From NCBI GenBank assembly GCA_046292385.1, contig JBKBRF010000028.1, positions 1 through 64,000 on the forward strand: a DNA stretch of 64,000 nt. The letters are read 5' to 3'. Position 1 is the first letter of the stretch, and every line of letters begins with the position of its first letter. Shown in pieces: positions 9,046 to 17,184 of this stretch. Below the pieces are notes generated by a model. That model was given only the letters and a program-made list of their open reading frames with translations, ran no database searches and was not told the DNA's origin. A program made the position numbers and the translations under genes. The DNA comes from Armatimonadota bacterium. GTDB lineage: Bacteria; Armatimonadota; SYMT01.

Positions 9046-10203
9046 GTGACGAGCTTACCCCTCGAGAGCGTCCACCCCAACCCCAACCAGCCCCGGAAGT
9101 TCTTCGATCCGTCCGCGCTGGAGGAATTGGCGGCTTCGATCCGCGAGCGCGGCGTGATGGAGCCGATCATCGTGCGGCCGAAGGACGGCCGGTACGAAAT
9201 CGTGGCGGGCGAGCGCCGGTATCGCGCCAGCAAGCTGGCCGGGATGGAGACGATTCCGGCGATCGTCCGGGAGCTCACCGACGAGGAGGCGATGGCCGAC
9301 TCCCTGCTGGAGAACTTCCAGCGGGAGGACCTGACGGTGATGGAGAAGGCGCACGCCATCAAGGGCCTGCTCGACTACATGTCGATGGACCAGTGCGCCA
9401 AGAGCCTGGGCTGCAGCGCCAGCACCCTGCGGCGCCACCTGGAGTTGCTCGATCTCCCTCCCGCGGTCCAGCAGGAGCTCTCCTACCCGCCCGGCAAGCA
9501 GCAGCAGCACCTGGTGACGGAAGGGCACGCGCGCTCCCTGCGGGCGATGAACCACGATTACGGCACGCAGATCCGCATCCTGGACAAGATCAAGCGGGAG
9601 AAGCTCTCCGTCGACGAGACCGACCGGCTGATCGAGGCGATCGAGAAGGCGCCGGAGCGGAAAGAGGCGTTCCTCCGCATCTCCCTCGACGCCGCCGAAG
9701 AGATCCTGAAGCGCAGCGGCGTGAAACTGGAGCGGCGCAAGAACTTCAAGCGCAGGACCGCCGCGGAGTACCTGGAGAGCTTCCAGAAGACCTCCACCAC
9801 CCTGAGCCACCTCCTGGACGACGAGGTGACCCGCTACCTCAACTTCGAGCAGCTCAACCAGCTCCTCGCCAGCGGGACCACGCTGCTGGAAGACCTGCAG
9901 GAGTTCATCCGCGCCTGCCGGAAGGACCTGATCGCGCAGGACTACGGCTTTATGGAGACCTACGTCTTCTGCGGCCTCTGCGGGCGGCGGGAGCTGGTGG
10001 GCAGCGGCAAGTGCAGCGTCTGCGGCAGCATCCTGAAGCGCTGCGCCGACTGCGGCCACTACGACTCCACCTATCAGCAGTGCTCCTTCCACGGCTACTA
10101 CATCTACACCACCGAAGCGGAGATGCCGCTGGACGACAGCCAGAGCGTCTCCTGCCAGGAGTACAAGCCGCGCGTGGAAGTGAAACACAAGGCGTTCGTC
10201 TGA
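9046..10203 (+). CDS. ParB/Spo0J-family protein with C-terminal Cys-rich (zinc-ribbon) domain
   Basis: PNPNQPRKFF, GVMEPIIVR, IVAGERRYRA (GxxRxxA), ENFQREDL, HTH; C-terminal CGLC, CSVC, CADC, CSFH. Confidence 0.9.
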   Translation: MTSLPLESVHPNPNQPRKFFDPSALEELAASIRERGVMEPIIVRPKDGRYEIVAGERRYRASKLAGMETIPAIVRELTDEEAMADSLLENFQREDLTVMEKAHAIKGLLDYMSMDQCAKSLGCSASTLRRHLELLDLPPAVQQELSYPPGKQQQHLVTEGHARSLRAMNHDYGTQIRILDKIKREKLSVDETDRLIEAIEKAPERKEAFLRISLDAAEEILKRSGVKLERRKNFKRRTAAEYLESFQKTSTTLSHLLDDEVTRYLNFEQLNQLLASGTTLLEDLQEFIRACRKDLIAQDYGFMETYVFCGLCGRRELVGSGKCSVCGSILKRCADCGHYDSTYQQCSFHGYYIYTTEAEMPLDDSQSVSCQEYKPRVEVKHKAFV

Positions 10204-10235
10204 GTATCCGTGGAGCCTGGTCCGCTTTGCGCCGT

Positions 10236-10270
10236 TGAGTGGGCGAGTGGGCGCAAGGGAGAGTGGGAGA
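10236..10270 (+). repeat. GAGTGGG-type repeat after the ParB stop
   Basis: tgagtgggcgagtgggcgcaagggagagtgggaga; near-identical copies at 20612-20650 (-) and 40587-40625 (+). Confidence 0.8.
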
Positions 10271-10329
10271 AACCGCCCCCATGAGGGGTGATCTCTTGGC
10301 GCAGAGCACAACGATTCCGGAGCGCCTTC

Positions 10330-10420
10330 GAGTAAGAGTAGGAGAACGAGTAGGAGTAGGAGTGCCCGTACCGGGAGGTTCGGATTCATCCCTCATCCTT
10401 CCGCCCTCATCCCTCCACCT
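10330..10420 (-). repeat. (GGGATGA)n-ATCCG(A/G)ACC-(CTCCTA)n composite repeat
   Basis: homologous to 11584-11694, 20385-20492 and 52091-52190. Confidence 0.75.
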
Positions 10421-10429
10421 TGCCCCCAC

Positions 10430-11188
10430 TCAGTCTGAGCTGCGGGCGCGGTATCGCGCCACGTGCCGGCGCACCAGGCCGCGGGCGATCAGGAGCCGCT
10501 GGTGCGTCCGCTGCAGCAGGCCGGGCCGGCTTAGCAGGTAGAGCGTCTCCGTCACCGCGATGGAGGCGGAGAGCCAGATCGCCCCGGAGATGAAGCCGGC
10601 GAGCACGTCGCTCGGGTAGTGCGCGCCGAGGTAGACGCGGCTGTAGCCGGTCCCGAGCACGAGTACCGCCGCGATCACCGGGGCGAGCACTCCTACCCAC
10701 CAGCGCCTCGTGAGCCGCCAGAGCAGGTAGGCGCACATCCCGTAGAGCAGCACGGACGAGGCGGAGTGTCCGCTGGGAAAGCTATAGCCCGGCTCGTGTA
10801 CCAGCGCCCAGGGGCCCGCCGGGCGCACGCGCTGGAAGTAGAGCTTGGCGATCCCGACTCCCGCTCCCGCCAGCAGCACCGCGGTGCCCACCCCCGCCGC
10901 CTCGAAGCGCCGGCCGCTCCGCCAGAGCAGCCCCATCACCAGCGCCGCGGCCAGGGCTACCAGCCAGAGGCTCTGCAGGTTCAGGATGGCGGTGAGGGCA
11001 CGCAGTGCCGGCTCCCAGCTCACCGGCGTCCGCTCCCGCACCAGCCGCAGGAGCAGGAGGTCGATCCCGAACGGATCGTGTCCCACTGCCTCGTGCAGGG
11101 CGAGGAGCGCCTGGCCGCTGGCCACGAGGGAGATCACCCCGACCAGCGCCAGGCCGATTACCGGCAGCCACCTTTCCAGCCGCTCCAT
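10430..11188 (-). CDS. PAP2-family membrane phosphatase
   Basis: KLYFQRVRP, SFPSGHS and SRVYLGAHYPSDVLAG motifs. Confidence 0.92.
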   Translation of the reverse strand: MERLERWLPVIGLALVGVISLVASGQALLALHEAVGHDPFGIDLLLLRLVRERTPVSWEPALRALTAILNLQSLWLVALAAALVMGLLWRSGRRFEAAGVGTAVLLAGAGVGIAKLYFQRVRPAGPWALVHEPGYSFPSGHSASSVLLYGMCAYLLWRLTRRWWVGVLAPVIAAVLVLGTGYSRVYLGAHYPSDVLAGFISGAIWLSASIAVTETLYLLSRPGLLQRTHQRLLIARGLVRRHVARYRARSSD

Positions 11189-11258
11189 AGCGCCGTTGTT
11201 CCCGGAATCGCCGGATTCACTCGGCATATCTCCGCAGTGCGTGGGGTATACCCGGCCT

Positions 11259-11489
11259 ATGCAGGACCAGAATCTTCTCTCGATGACGGAGGCCGCCCAG
11301 CGCAAGGGCGTGCCGGTGGCGGACGTACAGAAGGCGGTCGAGGCGGGCGAGCTGCCCGCGCGGTACCAGAGCGGCGCCCCGTTCTTGAGGCCGGAAGACG
11401 TGGAAGCGTGGGTGCCGCACATGAAGACGGCGGCCGGCTCCGACTTCACCGACGAGGAAGCCGCGGACTACCTTCGCACGCCGGGATAG
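11259..11489 (+). CDS. small MerR/excisionase-like helix-turn-helix protein
   Basis: LLSMTEAAQRKGV..V..AVEAGELPA...FLRPEDVEAW pattern. Confidence 0.7.
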   Translation: MQDQNLLSMTEAAQRKGVPVADVQKAVEAGELPARYQSGAPFLRPEDVEAWVPHMKTAAGSDFTDEEAADYLRTPG

Positions 11490-11496
11490 CGTTTCG

Positions 11497-11560
11497 GGTT
11501 AGCAGGTTGGCAGGTTGGCAGGTTACGCTCATCGCGGGACGGCGGAAGCCTGCTAACCTG
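11497..11560. repeat. GCAGGTT heptamer arms
   Basis: gggttagcaggttggcaggttggcaggtt ... cctgctaacctg. Confidence 0.8.
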
Positions 11561-11583
11561 GGGGCCTTGGGGCTGCCTCGTGG

Positions 11584-11694
11584 CGAGAACGCGCCGGAAG
11601 GCCGAGGGTCGCCAGCGAGCAGGAGCAAGAGTAGGAGCAGGACCTTCCGCCTACGCAGGGTTCGGATTCATCCCTCATCCTTCATCCCCCATCC
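11584..11694 (-). repeat. GGGATGA composite repeat copy
   Basis: cgagaacgcgccgga..gtcgccagcgagcaggagca..ggttcggattcatccctcatcc matches the reverse complement of 20385-20492. Confidence 0.8.
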
Positions 11695-12711
11695 TTTGAA
11701 GCTCGGCGTCAGCACCTCGCGGGGGTTGCGTACCATGAGGCGCTGGACGTCCTCCTCCGTGCCGCCGGCCTGGCGGAGGGCGGGGATAAAGCGGGTGAAG
11801 AGGGTGTCGAACGGGCGGAAGGTGCCGCCGTTCGGCTCGCCGACCTGGTACCAGCCGGCGTCGTGCGAGACGAGCGCGCGGTGGAGCAGCCCCGCTTCCT
11901 TCAGGCTCATCACCAGCTCTACGTGCCGGACGACGCTGTCCGGAGCGATGCCGTCGAGCTCGACCCAGGCGCCGCGCCGGGCCGCTTCGCGGTGCAGCGC
12001 CGCGTCCGGCTCTCCCTGCGCGTGGACCCAGACGAACGCCTCCGCCGCGACTCCTTCCTTACGCAGGAGATCGAGCGCTTCCAGGGCCGCGGCGCCGGAG
12101 CCGGTGTGCTGGTGGATTCGGAGACCGGTCGCGCGGTGGGTGAGGGCGGCGGCGCGGACCAGCTTCCGGTTCACTTCCGGCAGCGGAGCGCCGTCGACGC
12201 CGATCTTGAGGAAGGCGGGCCGGATGCCGGTCCCGTCGATGCCGTGCCGCGCCTCGTCGATCCAGCGCGCGGCAAGCTGCTCGGCCGATTCCGTCCGCGC
12301 GTGCGCCGGCAGGTACTTGCCGCCCGCCGCGCCGTAGTAGCCGGTGTTGGTGAGAAGGTGGAGGCCGGAGGCCTCGGAAAGGCGGCGGAGCAGCTTCGGG
12401 TCTCGGCCGAGGTAGGCCGGCGTGCACTCCACCAGCGTGCGGCAGCCGAGCTCCCGGACCGCCTTCAGGTGCGGGAGGACGACGCGGAACGCTTCGTCGG
12501 AGTCATACCGGTCCCGGGAGACGCGGTCCGCGCCGATGAAGTCGACCAGCACGTGTTCGTGCATCAGCACCGTGCCGAGCGCTTCCGGCGCCACCTCGCC
12601 GGTTACGGTCCGGATCCGCGCCGCCCCGGCCGAGCCCGAGCGTCCCGCCAGCGACGCCAGCGCGCCCAGGCCCGCGGCGAGCACCGTCCTGCGATCCACC
12701 GCGTCTCTCAT
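11668..12711 (-). CDS. Tat-exported phosphotriesterase-family amidohydrolase
   Basis: DRRTVL Tat motif; LMHEHV, ECTPAYLGRD, FLKIG, HQHTG, WVHAQ, SHDAGWY. Confidence 0.9.
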   Translation of the reverse strand: MRDAVDRRTVLAAGLGALASLAGRSGSAGAARIRTVTGEVAPEALGTVLMHEHVLVDFIGADRVSRDRYDSDEAFRVVLPHLKAVRELGCRTLVECTPAYLGRDPKLLRRLSEASGLHLLTNTGYYGAAGGKYLPAHARTESAEQLAARWIDEARHGIDGTGIRPAFLKIGVDGAPLPEVNRKLVRAAALTHRATGLRIHQHTGSGAAALEALDLLRKEGVAAEAFVWVHAQGEPDAALHREAARRGAWVELDGIAPDSVVRHVELVMSLKEAGLLHRALVSHDAGWYQVGEPNGGTFRPFDTLFTRFIPALRQAGGTEEDVQRLMVRNPREVLTPSFKGWGMKDEG

Positions 12712-12889
12712 CTCCCCCGTCCCCCTCTCCTTTGATGCCACTTCCGCACCGGATCGGGCGAACCCTGCGCGGGGAGTGGAGCTCCGCGGGGGTGAGGGAC
12801 AGCGCCCTGCGAGGAGAACCGGTCGCACCCGCCGAACGGCCTGCCGGCAGCCCGGGCACCACGCCTTCGACCCGGCTCCGGAGACCGAG

Positions 12890-14083
12890 ATGCCCTTTTC
12901 CCGAATCGTCTTCTCTACCGCCCGGGTGGCGGCGCTCTTCTGCGCCGGGGCGCTGCTGGCCGCGGCGCCGGGCGCGCAGGCCCTCCAGCGCGCCGCGGGG
13001 AAGCCCAGCAAGATGCTCGTCTACATCGGAACCTACTCGCAGCGCGGCAGCAAGGGGATCTACACCTTCCAGCTCGATCCCGCCACCGGCCGCCTGACGC
13101 CGGTCAATACGCCGGCGGAGACGCGGAACCCGTCGTTCCTGGCGCTGCACCCGAACGGGAAGTACCTCTACGCGGTGAACGAGGTAGAGGACTTCGGCGG
13201 CGCCCGCGCCGGGGCGATGAGCGCCTTTGCGATCGATCCGCAGACCGGCGCGCTCACCTTCCTGAACCAGCGCACCTCCCGCGGCGGCGCGCCGTGCCAC
13301 CTGACGATCGACCGCGCCGGGCGGCACGCGCTGGTGGCGAACTACAGCGGCGGCAGCGTGGCGGTGCTCCCGATCGGGGCGGACGGCCGTCTCGGCGAGC
13401 CGAGCGACTTCGAGCAGCACGAGGGGAAGAGCGTGAACCCCCAGCGGCAGGAAGCGCCGCACGCGCACTCGATCAACCTCGACCGTGAGAACCGCCGCGC
13501 GTTCGCCGCCGACCTGGGGCTCGACCGGATTGTGATCTACCGGTACGACGGCCGGAACGGCACGCTCACCCCGGGCGAGCCGGCGTTCGCGGCGGTCGCG
13601 CCCGGCTCGGGACCGCGCCACTTCGCGTTCCATCCGAGCGGCCGCTACGCCTACGTGATCAACGAGATGCTCTCCACCGTCACCGCTTTCCGGTACGACT
13701 CCGGACGCGGGCAGCTGGAGAGCCTCCAGACGCTCAGCACGCTTCCGGACGGGTTCCAGGGCAACAGCTCCACGGCGGAAGTGCAGGTGCATCCGAACGG
13801 GAAGCTCCTCTACGGCTCCAACCGCGGGCACAACAGCCTGGCGATCTACCGGATCGACGAGCGGACCGGTCGCCTGACGCTGGTGGGGCACCAGCCGACC
13901 GGAGGCAAGACGCCGCGCAACTTCGGCATCGATCCGAGCGGCACTTTCCTGATCGCCGCCAACCAGGATTCCGACACGCTGGTCGTGTTCCGGATCGATC
14001 CGGAGAGCGGCCGCCTCACGCAGGTGGGGGACCCGGTGGCGGTGCCGATGCCGGTCTGCGTGAAGTTCCTGCCGCGGGACTAG
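12890..14083 (+). CDS. secreted lactonase family protein (6-phosphogluconolactonase-like beta-propeller)
   Basis: VYIGTYS, NPSFLA, PCHL, VANYSGG, PHAHS, GPRHFAF, SNRGHNS, TPRNF motifs. Confidence 0.92.
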   Translation: MPFSRIVFSTARVAALFCAGALLAAAPGAQALQRAAGKPSKMLVYIGTYSQRGSKGIYTFQLDPATGRLTPVNTPAETRNPSFLALHPNGKYLYAVNEVEDFGGARAGAMSAFAIDPQTGALTFLNQRTSRGGAPCHLTIDRAGRHALVANYSGGSVAVLPIGADGRLGEPSDFEQHEGKSVNPQRQEAPHAHSINLDRENRRAFAADLGLDRIVIYRYDGRNGTLTPGEPAFAAVAPGSGPRHFAFHPSGRYAYVINEMLSTVTAFRYDSGRGQLESLQTLSTLPDGFQGNSSTAEVQVHPNGKLLYGSNRGHNSLAIYRIDERTGRLTLVGHQPTGGKTPRNFGIDPSGTFLIAANQDSDTLVVFRIDPESGRLTQVGDPVAVPMPVCVKFLPRD

Positions 14084-14107
14084 TATAGGACGGGTCGTCT
14101 GGAGAGG

Positions 14108-14641
14108 CTATCCCGCCTGCTTCTCTTGCGGCGGGAGGAGCTCCTCCAGGTACTCGGTGACCTTCTTCGCCTCTTCGCCGCCCTGGCGGGCGTGGACGAC
14201 CAGCGGGATGCCGTGCGGGCCTTTCGAGTGGAGGAGGTCGGGCCGCGCCTTCAGGGCGGCCTGCACCACCTCCAGGTCGCCGAGCATCGCGGCGGCGAAG
14301 AGGTCGAGCCGGGCGCCCTTCTCCAGCAGGAAGAGCGCGATCTCCCGGCGGCCGGTGTGAGAGGCCGCACCGAGGGCGCTCTCGAAGTCGCCGCCGCCCC
14401 AGTCCCAGGTGGCGTTCAGCAGGCCCGGAGTCTCCGCCAGCAGCTCCTTCACCCGATCGAGATCCCGGTGCGCCACCCGTACGAACTCCTGGACCTTCGC
14501 CGGGTCGAGCGGGGCGGGCCGCTCCCGGCGCGGCTGCGCGGGCTGCGCGCCTTCCTGGGCGGCGGCGGCTCCGCCCAGGAGCGCGGCGGCTCCGAGCGAG
14601 GTGCGGGCGAAGATCGCGCGGCGGGTGAGCGACAGCTTCAT
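14108..14641 (-). CDS. Tat-exported ankyrin-repeat-like protein
   Basis: TRRAIF; AHRDLDRVKELL, WDWGGGDFESALGAASHTG, AAAMLGDLEVV, GPHGIPL. Confidence 0.8.
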   Translation of the reverse strand: MKLSLTRRAIFARTSLGAAALLGGAAAAQEGAQPAQPRRERPAPLDPAKVQEFVRVAHRDLDRVKELLAETPGLLNATWDWGGGDFESALGAASHTGRREIALFLLEKGARLDLFAAAMLGDLEVVQAALKARPDLLHSKGPHGIPLVVHARQGGEEAKKVTEYLEELLPPQEKQAG

Positions 14642-14657
14642 GGAGGATCCTCTCGAC

Positions 14658-14700
14658 AGTACGGAGCCGCGGCCGCACGGAACGACCGCGGCTCCGTACT
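14658..14700. repeat. perfect 15-bp inverted repeat (REP-like/terminator-like)
   Basis: AGTACGGAGCCGCGG / CCGCGGCTCCGTACT; GTAG overlaps its 5' end on the minus strand. Confidence 0.65.
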
Positions 14701-14736
14701 ACATTACCAGGGTCCTGCCCGGAAGCCTCTGCGCCC

Positions 14737-15984
14737 CTACCGCGGTCGTCCATCCGGCAGCGAGGTGGGCAGCCAGTCGAAGGTCGGCAGCCAGGTGCCG
14801 TCCGCCCTGCGGGCGCCGCGGGGGTTGGCCGGCTCGCCGCGCAGGGTGGTTCCGGCGGCGCGGACCGCCAGCACGACGATCCCCTCGTCGGCGAGGGGGC
14901 GGACTTCCCCGCGGTCGGAGCGGCCGTTGCCGTTCCGGTCCCGCCACACGGCGAGCCCCCGCAGCTCCGGCCCGGAGAGCTGGCCGTCCGCGTCGTCATC
15001 CAGCGCCGCCAGCGGCTCGTAGCCGTCCTTCCAGAACATAGACCAGGTGAACGACCCGAAGAGCTGCCGGCCCGACTCGATCCGCCCGCTGCCCTCCGGA
15101 TCCCAGACCAGGATGGCCGTGTCCGGCCGCACCCACGGCCACCGCCGGGACGATCCGTCCCCCGCCAGGTCGAAGCGGGTGGTGCGCTCCGCGGCGAGGA
15201 GCTGGTCCAGGCTCCCTCCCGGCTCCGCTCCGATCAGGATCGGCGTCACCACGCGCGGACGGCTCTTCAGCTCGGCGACCGTCTTTTTCACTTTCTCGAG
15301 CTCGCGCTTCTGCGCGTCGGTGAGCTTGCGGTCCGCCAGTACGCGTATGATCCCCTCGCCGGCCTCCAGGCTGATCACGCTGTCGGCCCGCGGACCGATG
15401 CTCCCCTCGCGCAGGTCCGTCTCGACGGTGAGCGCGTAGGCCTTGCGGTAGGCGTCGAGCGCCTTCTCTCTCCAGAGCGCGGGGCTGGTGGGCTGATCGG
15501 CGGGAAGGTACGGAATCCGCGCCTTGTCCGCGAACGCCGCACCGTGCTCCAGCATCCACCCGAGGCTCATCCAATGGAGACCGGCCTTCGGCTCGAGCTC
15601 CGTCGCCCGGTGGTAGTGGCGCAGGGAGGCCTCCAGGTGGCGGAGCGCCGCGGGTGTGGGAGACTGCGGCGGCTGGACCTGGAGCGAGGAGAACGGCGGG
15701 AAGCGCGGGAGCTGCTCCGCCTTCTCGATCCGGTCCGGGGGCGGGGTGACCAGCACCTCCTCCGCCTCCTGGGAGAAGCCCAGGCTGTGCAGCCGTCCCA
15801 GCAGGTACTGCGCGGAGGCGTCTTTCGGCTGTGCCGCCGCGTACCGGCCCACGTTCTCCAGCAGCCGCGGCAGCGGCACCTCGCGCCAGCCGCCCGCAAA
15901 TCGCGCGACGGCCGGTACCGCTGCGAGGGCGGCGCTCAGCCCTAACAACAGGCAGACCGACCGGCTCACTCGTCCTCTGTGCAT
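14737..15984 (-). CDS. secreted TPR protein with C-terminal DxDxDG-rich (Ca-binding-like) domain
   Basis: signal peptide; TPR-like AQYLLGRLH and HYHRATELEP; TPILI..FDLAGDG, GRQLFG, LDDDADGQLSGPEL, WRDRNGNG. Confidence 0.7.
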   Translation of the reverse strand: MHRGRVSRSVCLLLGLSAALAAVPAVARFAGGWREVPLPRLLENVGRYAAAQPKDASAQYLLGRLHSLGFSQEAEEVLVTPPPDRIEKAEQLPRFPPFSSLQVQPPQSPTPAALRHLEASLRHYHRATELEPKAGLHWMSLGWMLEHGAAFADKARIPYLPADQPTSPALWREKALDAYRKAYALTVETDLREGSIGPRADSVISLEAGEGIIRVLADRKLTDAQKRELEKVKKTVAELKSRPRVVTPILIGAEPGGSLDQLLAAERTTRFDLAGDGSSRRWPWVRPDTAILVWDPEGSGRIESGRQLFGSFTWSMFWKDGYEPLAALDDDADGQLSGPELRGLAVWRDRNGNGRSDRGEVRPLADEGIVVLAVRAAGTTLRGEPANPRGARRADGTWLPTFDWLPTSLPDGRPR

Positions 15985-16168
15985 CGCATTCACTCCTTCC
16001 CCTTCGCATCCGCTGTCGCTTCGACGCGAATCATCCCCCCAGGTTACACTCGCCGCACCCGCTCTCCGAATAAGCCCTTGCCTGCCAGCCTGGCCTGGGG
16101 TATGATGCCAGACTGAGTAGGGACCGGCCATTCGGGGAACAGGGAAGCGGCCGGGAAAGGAATCATCC

Positions 16169-16420
16169 ATGCCAGGTAGGGGCTTCGATGACCGGGACCG
16201 TGCGTCGATGGCCGGCAAGAAGGGCGCGGAGACGCTGAAAGAGCGCTTCGGCCGCGACCACTTCGTCAGCATGGGCAAGGTGGGCGGCGCGGCGAACCGC
16301 GAGAAGCACGGCAAGGACCACTTCCGCGAGCTGGGCCGGCGGGGCGGGCAGATCCGCTGGGAGCGCGAGCGGGCGCGCAAGGCCGCCGAGGCGGCGGAGC
16401 AAGCGGAGCAGACCGGCTAG
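16169..16420 (+). CDS. KGG-repeat general stress protein (GsiB/YciG-like)
   Basis: AGKKG, MGKVGG, HGKDHFRELGRRGG repeats; AAGGA upstream. Confidence 0.75.
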   Translation: MPGRGFDDRDRASMAGKKGAETLKERFGRDHFVSMGKVGGAANREKHGKDHFRELGRRGGQIRWERERARKAAEAAEQAEQTG

Positions 16421-16423
16421 AGA

Positions 16424-16495
16424 TAAAGTTTTAGTAAAGCTTTAGAGCTCACGCCCGCCTCAGAGTGGCTAAGTGCCGGCCGCTTGCCATACAAT
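16424..16495 (+). promoter_or_regulatory. 11-bp direct repeat operator plus sigma70-like -10
   Basis: TAAAGTTTTAG TAAAGCTTTAG (16424-16445); TACAAT at 16490-16495. Confidence 0.5.
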
Positions 16496-16501
16496 GAAGG
16501 T

Positions 16502-16686
16502 GGATTTGATGCTCCGGCGAGCGCTGGCCCGGCCACCTCGGCTCGGAGTCCCTGCGTGAGCTGCTTGTGCGCGGCACCGCGCCGGGCCGGTGAGCCCGGC
16601 GTGGTGGGCCGTGCGGAATATCTACCTGCAACGACAGGAAGTGCCAATGGTGTCCCCTTCCGCTTTGCGGTTGGGGGTTTTCTTTT
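16502..16686 (+). ncRNA. candidate structured small RNA (rod-like, possibly 6S-like)
   Basis: lies between TACAAT and an intrinsic terminator; long hairpin centred on about 16590; no good ORF. Confidence 0.35.
16654..16686 (+). terminator. intrinsic terminator
   Basis: CCCC-tt-CCGC TTT GCGG-tt-GGGG followed by TTTTCTTTT. Confidence 0.55.
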
Positions 16687-16805
16687 GTACCGCTGCGCTT
16701 TGCTTTCGTGGCGAGAGGCAGCGTCGCGGTTGTCTACTCCGATGCGTGCCTTTTACTCGCCGGACGGCAGCGTCGATACCGCGGGTCCGACCCCGCGCCC
16801 TCGTT

Positions 16806-17040
16806 CCGGGATGCAGCCCTCCCGCGACGGTTGCCCTCCACGGCCTTTTCACACTCCGCTGCGCTCCGTTAGCAGGCCGCTGCGGGAGTGCAATTCGGAA
16901 AGCTCTTCCCGCGCCGCAGCCGCGGATCTTTTCAGGATGGCGATTCACGGGCTGCATCCCGGCCCTTCGAGCGAGCCCCCCTTCGCCAAGGGGGGCTCAC
17001 AGGTGGCGCCCTTCGCCCCGGCCTGCGGCCGGGTCTCCGG
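16806..17040. repeat. structured ~250-nt dispersed repeat, copy A
   Basis: homologous to 25811-26045 with compensatory stem changes. Confidence 0.75.
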
Positions 17041-17184
17041 ACGCCGCTGGTTTCTGGCTGCTGACCGAGTGCTACTGGGATCAGTCATGGCCTTCTTTTG
17101 CTGCCCAGGCTCCAACTACCCGGTTTGCAAAGTGCGGTATGCTCCTGGTGCAGGCGCTCTCCTGCTGCTGGGGGGATCCGCTCT

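Noticed and set aside
11259..11489. Prophage or ICE suggested by the excisionase-like HTH and ParB
   Set aside because: No integrase, att/tRNA site, or phage or conjugation genes; codon usage matches the host.
16494..16559. 21-codon ORF MKVDLMLRRALARPPRLGVPA
   Set aside because: Its ATG overlaps the putative -10 box and it has no RBS; an RNA interpretation fits better.
16571..16581. GCGGCACCGCG resembling a T-box antiterminator
   Set aside because: It lacks the UGGN bulge and a recognisable stem I, and no amino-acid gene follows directly.
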